Made by a program: the position numbers and the translations under genes. The notes beneath the pieces are model-generated. The model was not told the origin of the DNA. It ran no database searches and saw nothing but the letters and a program-made list of their open reading frames with translations. Below, piece by piece: positions 44,661 through 53,522 of a stretch of DNA of 62,569 nucleotides (position 1 is the stretch's first letter; each line of letters starts with the position of its first letter). Source of the stretch: Terriglobales bacterium (lineage in GTDB: Bacteria > Acidobacteriota > Terriglobia > Terriglobales > Acidobacteriaceae); the NCBI GenBank assembly GCA_036770325.1, contig DAIPJJ010000002.1, positions 1-62,569 on the forward strand, written 5' to 3'.

Positions 44661-46568
44661 CTACGCTGGCGCCGGATGCTCGCCGCCCTTGGCGATTCCT
44701 GGACGTCCCGGCTCGGGCTTGAGCACCTGCTGCACGCCGGAGTCGTCGCCGCTCGATGGTGGAATGATCTTCGGCAGCTCTTTGCCATCGATGATCAGCT
44801 TGATCTCGTTGGCGTCGAGCACTTCGCGCTCGAGCAACGCAAGCGCAATTCGCACCAGGGTATCGTGATTGGCGGCAAGAATGCCTTTGGCAGTCTCGTA
44901 GCCCTTGCCGACCAGCCGCTTCACCTCGTCATCGATCTTGATGGCAGTCGCTTCGCTGTAGTCGCGGTGCTGATTGATCTCGCGACCCAGGAAAATTTGC
45001 TCTTCCTTCTTGCCAAAGGTCAATGGGCCGAGGTCGCTCATGCCGAACTCGCAAACCATCTTGCGGGCGAGTTCGGTGGCGCGCTCAATGTCATTGCCTG
45101 CGCCGGTGCTCATCTGGTTCAGGAACAATTCTTCTGCGAGGCGACCACCCATCATGATGGCGATCTCGGTTTCCAGATACTCTTTGGTGTAGTTGTGCTT
45201 GTCGTCGATCGGCAATTGCATGGTTACGCCCAGCGCCATTCCACGAGGAATGATCGTCACCTTGTGCAACGGATCGGAGTTCGGCAGCTTCGCCGCGACC
45301 AGCGCGTGGCCGGCTTCGTGGTATGCCGTAACTTTCTTTTCTTCCTCTGAAAGCAGCAGCGACTTGCGCTCCACTCCCATCAGGACTTTGTCCTTGGCGA
45401 GCTCGAAATCGTACATCAGCACGGCTTTGCGGTTCTGCCGGGCAGCCGCCAAGGCAGCTTCATTCACCATATTGGCGAGGTCAGCACCGGAGAATCCCGG
45501 TGTTCCGCGCGCGAGGACCGAAAGATCGACGTCATCGGCAAGAGGAATTTTGCGCGTATGCACCCGCAGAATCTCTTCTCGTCCGCGAACATCGGGCCGG
45601 TTCACCACTACGCGGCGGTCGAATCTTCCAGGCCGCAGCAACGCGGGATCGAGAACATCGGGACGGTTCGTTGCCGCCATCAGGATCACGCCTTCGTTCG
45701 ATTCGAAACCGTCCATCTCAACCAGAAGTTGATTCAGCGTCTGCTCACGTTCGTCGTGCCCGCCGCCGAGACCTGCGCCACGATGACGCCCCACCGCATC
45801 GATTTCATCAATAAAGATGATGCAGGGAGCGTTCTTCTTTCCCTGCTCGAACAAGTCGCGGACGCGGGAAGCACCAACGCCTACGAACATCTCGACGAAA
45901 TCAGAACCGGAGATTGAAAAGAACGGAACATTCGCTTCGCCGGCTACAGCTCGGGCCAGCAGGGTCTTACCCGTTCCTGGAGGACCAACCAGCAACACAC
46001 CTTTCGGAATGCGCCCGCCGAGTTTCTGGAATTTTTGGGCCTCACGCAGGAACTCGATGATTTCGCGGAGCTCTTCCTTGGCTTCGTCAACCCCCGCAAC
46101 ATCTTTAAACGTCACCTTCTTCTGCTGCATGGAGAGCAGGCGAGCCCGGCTCTTGCCGAACGACAGAGCTTTGTTCCCACCGGTCTGCATCTGGCGGATC
46201 ATGAAATACCAGAGCGCGGCAAGGAGGGCCAAAGGCGCAATTAGATTGATCAACCATCCCCAGCTGCTGTTTCCAACGTCCTGCACAGTAATGTTGACGT
46301 TCTTGTCCTGGAGCTTCTTGTACATGTCTGGGTAATTGGAAGGTACTGTAGTGTGATAGGCAGAACCGTCGGCCAGCTTCCCCTTAACTTCCATGCCGGT
46401 CAGGGTCGCGTCCTTCACGGTTCCCTGGTCAACTTCCGACATGAAGCGCGAGAAGTTGATCTCTTGTACCTTCTGACCGGAGTTCGCCGTCTTCACCACC
46501 TGCCATAGGGCGACCGCCGAGATCAGAATGACTACCCAAAAAATGATCGTTTTTACAGTTGAATTCAC
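44661..46568 (-). CDS. ftsH: ATP-dependent zinc metalloprotease FtsH
   Basis: 635 aa with two N-terminal TM segments, Walker A GPPGTGKT, the AAA SRH region and the zinc motif HEAGHA. Confidence 0.97.
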   Translation of the reverse strand: MNSTVKTIIFWVVILISAVALWQVVKTANSGQKVQEINFSRFMSEVDQGTVKDATLTGMEVKGKLADGSAYHTTVPSNYPDMYKKLQDKNVNITVQDVGNSSWGWLINLIAPLALLAALWYFMIRQMQTGGNKALSFGKSRARLLSMQQKKVTFKDVAGVDEAKEELREIIEFLREAQKFQKLGGRIPKGVLLVGPPGTGKTLLARAVAGEANVPFFSISGSDFVEMFVGVGASRVRDLFEQGKKNAPCIIFIDEIDAVGRHRGAGLGGGHDEREQTLNQLLVEMDGFESNEGVILMAATNRPDVLDPALLRPGRFDRRVVVNRPDVRGREEILRVHTRKIPLADDVDLSVLARGTPGFSGADLANMVNEAALAAARQNRKAVLMYDFELAKDKVLMGVERKSLLLSEEEKKVTAYHEAGHALVAAKLPNSDPLHKVTIIPRGMALGVTMQLPIDDKHNYTKEYLETEIAIMMGGRLAEELFLNQMSTGAGNDIERATELARKMVCEFGMSDLGPLTFGKKEEQIFLGREINQHRDYSEATAIKIDDEVKRLVGKGYETAKGILAANHDTLVRIALALLEREVLDANEIKLIIDGKELPKIIPPSSGDDSGVQQVLKPEPGRPGIAKGGEHPAPA

Positions 46569-46769
46569 TGAAAAGCTCCTGAGAAAGGACCCTCGCCGAA
46601 CCGCTCTGGCCTAAAACCGTGCTCGGGAAATGACGGTCCGTCGCGGCATACTCTCCCAATCAGATTAGATGCCCGTCCCGAAAATTAGATCGTCGAAATC
46701 GACGCTCCCTTATTCTACCCCGCTTACGCAAAAAAAGTTCTGCTCAGTTCGAATGACTTAGGTCATTAG

Positions 46770-46870
46770 GACACTGGTCGTCAGTCCTCGGCGAGAAGGA
46801 CGTTGCCCGTTAGTAGTTGTCCGTCACGGGACCGTTAGCGAATCATTGAACGATGTCATCTCGATGGGCC
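46770..46870. repeat. degenerate-word repeats in the tilS-ftsH spacer
   Basis: Contains ctggtcgtcagtcctcggcg and gttgcccgttagtagttgtccgtcacgggaccgttagcg plus a tgtcatc word. It has the same style as the 19521-19655 and 34520-34660 elements. The boundaries are approximate. Confidence 0.4.
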
Positions 46871-46922
46871 TCAGCCGGCCGGAACCTGCTTTTCTGCGCA
46901 AAACTCCGGTTTCTTGCGGCTC

Positions 46923-48356
46923 TCACCTGATGCTCTGGCCAGTTAGCTCCGCCTCTCGAATCAGTACGCCTTCACTACCCTGCGCCTGAAAGTCGCGCCT
47001 GACCCCGAATCCGCGCAGCCAGACGACCTCAGCGCCGCTTGCCACCACCGGCCAGAGTCTTTTCCGCTCGCCTGTGATGTGCCTGTCTTGCAGCAGTTCC
47101 TTGATCTTTTTAGGTTGTTTGGTGTGTGCGGGCCAGAAGCGCTCACCCGCCCGCCAATTACGGACTGCAAAGCCCGCTCTTGTCTGGCCGGGATCGATCA
47201 GATGTTGCGGATCATGCTTTTGATCATTTTCTGAGCCTACCAACACCGTCTCGATCCGGATTCCCGCTTCCGGTACAACGAGGATACCTGGTACCGACAG
47301 GTCGTAGCAGTAGTCAGAAGTTCTTTCGGAAGAACTGCAGAACTGGAGCTCGCTTCTATGCCGAGTAACAACCAGGCTGGCTTGCACGACGGTGCGGTTT
47401 CCTTCACGCGTCAGGCCCAGGATTTCTTCCACGTGCCGGAACTCAAGCGCCAGCCCCATCGATTCCGCCGCCGCGCGGATGAGCCGCCTCCGCAGAGCCA
47501 GCGGCAGTTTTCCCAGCGCGCACCAATTGAGATTTCCGCAGCCTTCGTTCTTAAGCCAAAGCTGAGGCAACAATCGCCTGATCTCGTGTTCCCAATATTC
47601 TTCCTCTCCGCGCGCAATACCTGCCGTTTCAGCCAGGACTTCGCAAATCGAAGGATTCAACTCCTCTTCGAGGCGCGGAAGAATTTCGTGACGGATCCGG
47701 TTCCGGGTATGCCGCAAGTCCTGGTTGGTCGCGTCTTCGCGCCAGCTTTGGCCAATTTCGGCCAGATATTCCCGCAATTGCGATCGGCGCGTCCCAAGCA
47801 GCGGGCGAATGACACACGGACGTGTATCTCGAAAATCTGCTGAGTTGTCTTGGCTGAGGGCTGACGGCTGATGGCTGACGGCTAGCTTTGGGAAAATCCC
47901 TGCCAACCCCCTCGTTCCCGCCCCTCTTACAAGTTTCAACAGCACCGTTTCAGCTTGATCATCCAAGGTGTGTGCGGTCGCAACCCGATCAACTCCCGAC
48001 TGCAAAATGCGCCGAAAGAATTCATACCGCAGTTCCCGAGCGGCAGCTTCCAGGCTCAACTTCTTCTCGGCAGAATGTCTCTTGACGTCCCGGCTTTCGC
48101 AATTGATTTCCAGCCCATGCGTGGCCGCCAGCGAGCGAACGAACTGCTCGTCTGCGTCCGAATCTGTGCCCCTCAGATTGTGATTCAGGTGAATAGCAGA
48201 AGGGACAATGCCGAGCTCATCCCTCAATTCGAGCATCAAGCGCAGCAGCGCAACCGAGTCCGCACCGCCGGAAACAGCAACGCCGACCCGATCACCCGCA
48301 CGTACTAGCTGGTGCTTGCGAATGTAGCCGAACACCGATTGCGGCAGCTTGCGCAC
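46923..48356 (-). CDS. tilS: tRNA(Ile)-lysidine synthase
   Basis: 477 aa with the PP-loop VAVSGGADSVALL. It lies upstream of ftsH, as in many bacteria. Confidence 0.9.
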   Translation of the reverse strand: MRKLPQSVFGYIRKHQLVRAGDRVGVAVSGGADSVALLRLMLELRDELGIVPSAIHLNHNLRGTDSDADEQFVRSLAATHGLEINCESRDVKRHSAEKKLSLEAAARELRYEFFRRILQSGVDRVATAHTLDDQAETVLLKLVRGAGTRGLAGIFPKLAVSHQPSALSQDNSADFRDTRPCVIRPLLGTRRSQLREYLAEIGQSWREDATNQDLRHTRNRIRHEILPRLEEELNPSICEVLAETAGIARGEEEYWEHEIRRLLPQLWLKNEGCGNLNWCALGKLPLALRRRLIRAAAESMGLALEFRHVEEILGLTREGNRTVVQASLVVTRHRSELQFCSSSERTSDYCYDLSVPGILVVPEAGIRIETVLVGSENDQKHDPQHLIDPGQTRAGFAVRNWRAGERFWPAHTKQPKKIKELLQDRHITGERKRLWPVVASGAEVVWLRGFGVRRDFQAQGSEGVLIREAELTGQSIR

Positions 48357-48375
48357 GGCTCAATGGTACAACCGT

Positions 48376-48399
48376 GTAGGTCGGACATTCTTGTCCGAC
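48376..48399. repeat. hairpin repeat gtaggtcggacattcttgtccgac
   Basis: The 16-nt block cggacattcttgtccg is identical to 20863-20878 inside prmC. It lies between the tilS start and the stop of the upstream gene. Confidence 0.7.
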
Positions 48400-48405
48400 A
48401 AATGC

Positions 48406-49242
48406 TCAAGTTAACATTCGGTTAACTTCCGTGCCCGCAACCGCGCCTTCAAGGTTGGCGTACGTGCCCGAGGTGAACAATTCGCGGGCTATTCTGTTGG
48501 CGAGACCGAGCGTTGCCCGCATTGCGCCCGAACCAATGGTGACCCTCGCAACGCCGGCATTTTGGAGCTCTGAAATCGATGGTGATCCGGGACCGGCAAG
48601 AATGTTGATCGGGTGCCGCAGCTCGCGGACGAATCGTTCGATGGTAGGCAGATCGCGAACACCGGGGATGAAAAGGCAATCCGCCCCCGCGTCACGGAAT
48701 GCGTTCAGCCGGCGCAGAGCTTCTTCGAACCGAGTCTCAGGAGCTCCAACTTGACGAAGATAAATGTCGGTCCGCGCATTCAGCACCAGCGGGACTCCGG
48801 CTTTGCGGCCCGTCTCTATAACGGCTGGAATTTTTTCGAGTTGCAGCGACAAGTCGGCCAGCGGTTTCTTGGAGTTCCCGGTGCCGTCCTCAAGATTCAT
48901 TCCAACCGCGCCAGCTTCGATCACCACTTTCGCAGTCAATGCTGCGTCTTCGGGGCGAGGACCATAGCCAGCTTCCATGTCGGCACTGACCGGAATCCTC
49001 ACCTTGGACGCGATCCGAGCAACAGCCGAGGCCATCTCCTCGCGCGGGATTTTCTCTCCATCGGGATAGCCAAGACTGAATGCGATTCCTGCGCTGGTGG
49101 TTGCGATCGCCGGAGCGCCGGTTTCTTCGAAAATTCGCGCACTGGCGACATCCCAGGCGTTCAGCAGAACCAGCAGCTTTGGCCCGCGATGAAGTTGGCG
49201 AAGAGTTTCCGCTTTGGCGGCTTGAGCGCTAATGTCAGTCAT
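48406..49242 (-). CDS. isocitrate lyase/PEP mutase family protein (2-methylisocitrate lyase-like)
   Basis: About 278 aa from ATG 49242. It has a PEP_mutase-like pattern (LVLLNAWDVASA...ATTSAG...GMNLEDG...). Specificity is not assignable. Confidence 0.82.
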   Translation of the reverse strand: MTDISAQAAKAETLRQLHRGPKLLVLLNAWDVASARIFEETGAPAIATTSAGIAFSLGYPDGEKIPREEMASAVARIASKVRIPVSADMEAGYGPRPEDAALTAKVVIEAGAVGMNLEDGTGNSKKPLADLSLQLEKIPAVIETGRKAGVPLVLNARTDIYLRQVGAPETRFEEALRRLNAFRDAGADCLFIPGVRDLPTIERFVRELRHPINILAGPGSPSISELQNAGVARVTIGSGAMRATLGLANRIARELFTSGTYANLEGAVAGTEVNRMLT

Positions 49243-49390
49243 GGCTCTATTTTGAATCAAAAACAAGAAGCCGGTGCGTGGCGCCGGCTCAGAGTTATGG
49301 ACTTGAGAGTGCTTACGATTTACTTAGTCGCTATCTTGGAGCTTCTCATTTCTCAGACGGCGCCGTAACAGCGTGAGGGGGCAAAAATCC

Positions 49391-49487
49391 TGACCACAGA
49401 GAGCACAGAGGTACACACAGAAAAGCCACGGAGTTAATCAGAAGCTCTGTGGACGTTCTCTGTGGAACTCGGTGATCTCTGTGGTTG
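49391..49487. repeat. family C-variant repeat cluster (ccacagagagcacagag / ctctgtggacgttctctgtgg)
   Basis: Multiple inverted copies of the cacagag/ctctgtg word lie between two same-strand genes. Confidence 0.7.
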
Positions 49488-49536
49488 CACTTTTTACTGA
49501 TCCCGAATAAAAAGCTCTAACCTTCGCATCGCGAAG

Positions 49537-50217
49537 CTAGGCCCTGAAGATTCGCGCCGCTTCGATCCCATCGAGCGCCGCCCACAATTTTTTTGCCGAA
49601 CTCTCAGCCGCGTTCAACGCACGCTTGGCAGCCTCGGTGTCGTCCTCAACAACCTTCGCTAGCTGGTGCTTCCATACTCGCGAATGATAAACGTCAGCCG
49701 TGGTGTGGAGCGTGAAGTATTCGCACGTGTTCTCGTCGGCGCCGTACATTTCACGCAGTCCACGCGCTTTCTCGGCGGCCACGCGAGGCACTTGTGATTC
49801 GTAAGCGTAAAAGGCCGCAAGCGCTTCTTCAGGAGATCCATCGCCAGCCACCGAGTGAAACGATTCGGTCAACTCGCGAATCTCCGCGACCGGAGTGTCG
49901 GCGAGCTTCCGCCCGCCGCCCATGCCTTCCTGAAAATTCAGCCACAATTCCGCATGCGGACGTGAGCCGTCCGCGCCAATCTCTTCATCCCGATTCGCCA
50001 ATACCGCACGCTTCATCTGACCTTCTGGCAATCGTGCCGCAAACTCGGCCAGATACTCGGGAAACCCATTCACCTGATGAAAATAATTCCGCGCGTACTC
50101 CTGCAGGTCTTCACGCGTAAGCTCGCCTGCGGCCCACGCCTTGTAAAAAGGATGGCAAAGCAGATCATATTTCGCGATCCGCGCGTCCAACTGCTCGAAA
50201 AATTCCGCTGTCGTCAT
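49537..50217 (-). CDS. CADD/PqqC-like (haem-oxygenase-like fold) iron-dependent protein
   Basis: About 226 aa from ATG 50217 with the SD ggagga. The N-terminus FFEQLDARIAKYDLLCHPFYKAWAAGELTREDLQEYARNYFHQV is typical of the TenA/PqqC/CADD family. Confidence 0.75.
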   Translation of the reverse strand: MTTAEFFEQLDARIAKYDLLCHPFYKAWAAGELTREDLQEYARNYFHQVNGFPEYLAEFAARLPEGQMKRAVLANRDEEIGADGSRPHAELWLNFQEGMGGGRKLADTPVAEIRELTESFHSVAGDGSPEEALAAFYAYESQVPRVAAEKARGLREMYGADENTCEYFTLHTTADVYHSRVWKHQLAKVVEDDTEAAKRALNAAESSAKKLWAALDGIEAARIFRA

Positions 50218-50281
50218 CTTTCCTCCGTGCTTCGGCAGCATGTCACCCACAATACATGCTGCGAGCATCTACTTTCAATCT

Positions 50282-52462
50282 TCAGTCGGCCGCCGGTGCG
50301 AAGTGAATCCCGAGCTGGTCAAATAAGAAGCTGAGCACATCGGAGCTCTGCGCGATCTGCTCATTCAGCGACGTTCCAATGCCGTGACCCGCGCTCGCGG
50401 TCGTGCGCAGCAGGATCGGATGGCCGGACGCATTCGCGGCTTGCAGTCGCGCCGTCATCTTTCGCGATTGCATCGGGTTGACGCGGTGATCGTTTTCGCC
50501 GGTCAGGAACAAAATCGCCGGATACTTCGTCCCATCTTTCACATGGTGATATGGCGAGTACGCGTACAGCGCCTTAAATTGTTCCGGATCTTTCACCGTC
50601 CCAAATTCCGTCACGTTGAACGCACCATTCGGATCAAGCTCGACACGCAGCATGTCGTAAATTCCCACGAACGAAACCACCGCGCGGAACAGGCCCGGCC
50701 GCTGGGTCAAAGCTGCGCCCATCAACAAGCCGCCGTTGCTTCCCCCTTCAATCGCGAGGTGAGCAGGCGAAGTGTACTTACGCTGAATCAAGTGTTCCGC
50801 GCTGGCGATGAAATCATCAAACACGTTCTGCTTGTGCGTACGATTTCCCGCCTTGTGCCACTCCTCGCCGTACTCGCTCCCGCCGCGCAGGTTCGCAATC
50901 GCGTAAACTCCGCCCTGGTCGAGCCACAGCCTGGTCACTGCTCCGGCAAAACGCGGCGTTAGGTTGACTCCGTACCCGCCGTATCCGTAAAGAATCGTGG
51001 GATTCGTGCCGTCGAGTTTGGTCCCTTTGCGACGGATGATGTTTACCGGGACCTTGGTTCCATCTTTCGAAGTCGCAAACTCGCGTACGACTTCGGCGTC
51101 ATCGAACTTCACGGGAGATGTTTCAACCAGCGCCGTCTTGCTCGCCTTTCCCGTGGTCGCGTCCAGGCTGTACCACGCTGCTGGAGTCAGATACGTCGAG
51201 ACGCGAAACACGACATTGTCACCCGAGGTGTGCACCACGTCGTCGATCGCCGAAATCTCAGGCGCAGGCAAGGTGCCCAGATCTTTCCCGTGATGATCGA
51301 AAATCCGCACTCGCGATGGCCCGCCGATCTCATCTTCTACATAGAGCCGCGAATTGGTGGGAACGAACCCCACAATCGATCCCCGAGAATCGTCGCCGCT
51401 CCCCACGCCTGAACTCTGCGGAACAATTTCTTCAGCCTTTGGGAGCTGCGGATCGGCGAGGTCCACCCGCAGAATCTTGCCGCGCGGCGCGTCATGCCGC
51501 GAGAGCAGATACAGGCTCGGGTCGCCTCCGGTCCCAAGCTCCGAGCCCACGATCTCATCGTCAAAGTGCGTGACCTGCGTCCACTTGCCGGACGAATCCA
51601 TCACGTAGTGTTCGAACTGGCCGCCGTCGCCATTCGAGACTGCCGCCAGAATCCACTTGCCGTCGTCACTCTGAGCAAGATGTATCTCGGCAATGCGCGG
51701 GAAATCCTTGCCGAGCACATAAGTGTCTTCGCCGCTTTGCGTGCCGAGTTTGTGAAAATAAATTTCCTGGTAAAAGTTCGCGTCCTCCGGTGGACGCTCG
51801 TTGCCCTGCGGATAGCGCGCGTAGTAAAAGCCTGTTCCATCAGCATTCCATGCAAAGCTTCCCCCGGCAGTCCCAAAATTCACGCGCGGAACGCGGTCGC
51901 TGAGTTCTTTTCCGGTTGCAGTTTCGAAGATGTGCGCCGTGCCATCTTCTGATCCGCCCTGCGAGAGGGAAACGGCTACGAGTTTTCCGTCGATGGACGG
52001 AACATAGAAGTCGATCTCGGTCGTGCCCTTTTCATCCAGCGTGTTCGGATCGACAACCACCTTCCCAGTCGCCGGATCGTCCGCCGTCTGCAAAGCCACC
52101 AGCATCGGCTGCTGTTGCGGCGGCTGCATCTTCAAAGCGAAAAGCGTGCCGCCCCAGTAGCTCATCGCGAAGTATCGACTGGAGGATTGCGAAAGCAGCT
52201 TTGATAATTTTGCTTTGATCTCCGCGCGCGCCGGCAAATGATCGAGGTATGCGCGCGTCCTCGCATTCTGTGCCGCTGTCCACTGCTTTACTTCGGCATT
52301 GTCCCAATCCTCGAGCCAGCGGTAGTTATCGACCACCTTCACGCCGTGATATTCGTCGGTGACGGGGCGCTTGGGCGTGGGTGGCGGCGCAGGGATGTTC
52401 TGGGCAAGTGCGAGGACGGCGATAGTTACGGACAGCAGAAATGCACGCAGCAATCGGTTCAT
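50282..52462 (-). CDS. prolyl oligopeptidase family S9A serine peptidase, secreted
   Basis: 726 aa with a signal peptide, DEYHGVKVVDNYRWLED at the N-terminus, the nucleophile motif EGGSNGGLL and a C-terminal GHG. Confidence 0.9.
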   Translation of the reverse strand: MNRLLRAFLLSVTIAVLALAQNIPAPPPTPKRPVTDEYHGVKVVDNYRWLEDWDNAEVKQWTAAQNARTRAYLDHLPARAEIKAKLSKLLSQSSSRYFAMSYWGGTLFALKMQPPQQQPMLVALQTADDPATGKVVVDPNTLDEKGTTEIDFYVPSIDGKLVAVSLSQGGSEDGTAHIFETATGKELSDRVPRVNFGTAGGSFAWNADGTGFYYARYPQGNERPPEDANFYQEIYFHKLGTQSGEDTYVLGKDFPRIAEIHLAQSDDGKWILAAVSNGDGGQFEHYVMDSSGKWTQVTHFDDEIVGSELGTGGDPSLYLLSRHDAPRGKILRVDLADPQLPKAEEIVPQSSGVGSGDDSRGSIVGFVPTNSRLYVEDEIGGPSRVRIFDHHGKDLGTLPAPEISAIDDVVHTSGDNVVFRVSTYLTPAAWYSLDATTGKASKTALVETSPVKFDDAEVVREFATSKDGTKVPVNIIRRKGTKLDGTNPTILYGYGGYGVNLTPRFAGAVTRLWLDQGGVYAIANLRGGSEYGEEWHKAGNRTHKQNVFDDFIASAEHLIQRKYTSPAHLAIEGGSNGGLLMGAALTQRPGLFRAVVSFVGIYDMLRVELDPNGAFNVTEFGTVKDPEQFKALYAYSPYHHVKDGTKYPAILFLTGENDHRVNPMQSRKMTARLQAANASGHPILLRTTASAGHGIGTSLNEQIAQSSDVLSFLFDQLGIHFAPAAD

Positions 52463-52603
52463 GTTGGTCTCTTAAGGAGGCGACGTTTGTCGAACGCGAG
52501 ATTATACGCCGTGTGTGAAGGGTGGTTTCATAACGGGAATGCTTGGAAGGAATATTTTGACAGCAGTATTCACATCCTCGATTTTGCGTGACATTATCGC
52601 CGG

Positions 52604-53257
52604 ATGCAGCTCACGCCGGGTCGCCTATCAATCGTGGTGCTGCTCGCACTTCGCATGACTGCGCTCGGCGCTCAGGACGACGCCCGTATTCCCCCCGAGG
52701 TCCGATTCAAGTCCGGCTACACAAATTCCGTTTTCAAGCCGCCGGATTTTGCGTCCGCCATGTTGTGGGGAATTGCAATTGCGGACAGCCGCGTGGCCGG
52801 ATATGAAAAAGCACAAATCGAAGTTGCACACACTCAACTCTCATGCCGCGTTGATGGCCGTGATGTCGTTCTGAACGATGACTACGGCAGCGTCCGCGGC
52901 GGACTCTTCCGCCGATATCCCTGGTTTGGCACCGATGCCCACGAGACGATGCCGCTGGCGTTTTCAGATGATCACAGAACCGTAATCCTGAAAGTCGGCA
53001 CCCATCCCGACCGCGTCTGGCATTTCTGGGCGGCATCGCCACGGGCGGAAATTCCGGCGGGTAAGCTCAAGGGTTGCACCATCAAAATCCTCGCACGAAT
53101 TTCGCCCGGAGCTCTCCTTCAGGTCGGCTTCGACTACTGGCGCAACTCTACGATTGGCTATGGTTCTGGGGGCAACAATCACGAAACCGGCGCCAGCAAG
53201 TGGTACTTACCATCGGATGCCTGGCAAGAAGCCGTGTTTAGCGATATTAAGCATTAG
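52604..53257 (+). CDS. secreted hypothetical protein
   Basis: 217-aa ORF with a signal-like N-terminus, divergent from the peptidase gene. I recognise no family. Confidence 0.5.
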   Translation: MQLTPGRLSIVVLLALRMTALGAQDDARIPPEVRFKSGYTNSVFKPPDFASAMLWGIAIADSRVAGYEKAQIEVAHTQLSCRVDGRDVVLNDDYGSVRGGLFRRYPWFGTDAHETMPLAFSDDHRTVILKVGTHPDRVWHFWAASPRAEIPAGKLKGCTIKILARISPGALLQVGFDYWRNSTIGYGSGGNNHETGASKWYLPSDAWQEAVFSDIKH

Positions 53258-53372
53258 CGGCGAGCATCGAGCGGTGAGCGATGAGCAACATTCGTGCTCG
53301 CTCGTCGCTCGCGGCTCACTGCTCGCCGCTCCCCCGGTCCGTTGTAAGCTAGGAGCTAACAGCTAACAGCTT
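53256..53372. repeat. degenerate-word palindrome (gagcgatgagc / gctcgctcgtc) plus agctaacagctaacagc tandem words
   Basis: gcggcgagcatcgagcggtgagcgatgagc is approximately the reverse complement of gctcgctcgtcgctcgcggctcactgctcgccgc. It lies immediately upstream of the mnmG 5' duplication. Confidence 0.5.
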
Positions 53373-53522
53373 ACTTTGCAGTTCACTGAACAGTTCGATG
53401 TGGTTGTCGTCGGGGCCGGGCACGCCGGCTGCGAAGTTGAGGCGTTTACGCGGCGTCTGAGCCGCGTGCCGAATCCTGAGCGAAGTCGAAGGACCTCGCC
53501 GAGCAGAGAAGAATCGAAACGG

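Noticed and set aside
44495-44788. 98-codon N-terminal extension of the ECF sigma ORF (track 43868-44788)
   Set aside because: It overlaps the 3' end of ftsH and its terminator and has an R/S/P-rich composition. Sigma region 2 homology starts after ATG 44494.
46569-46922. Expected hpt gene or an ncRNA in the 354-nt tilS-ftsH spacer
   Set aside because: There is no ORF with HPRT motifs and no structure I recognise. The spacer is occupied by degenerate-word repeats.
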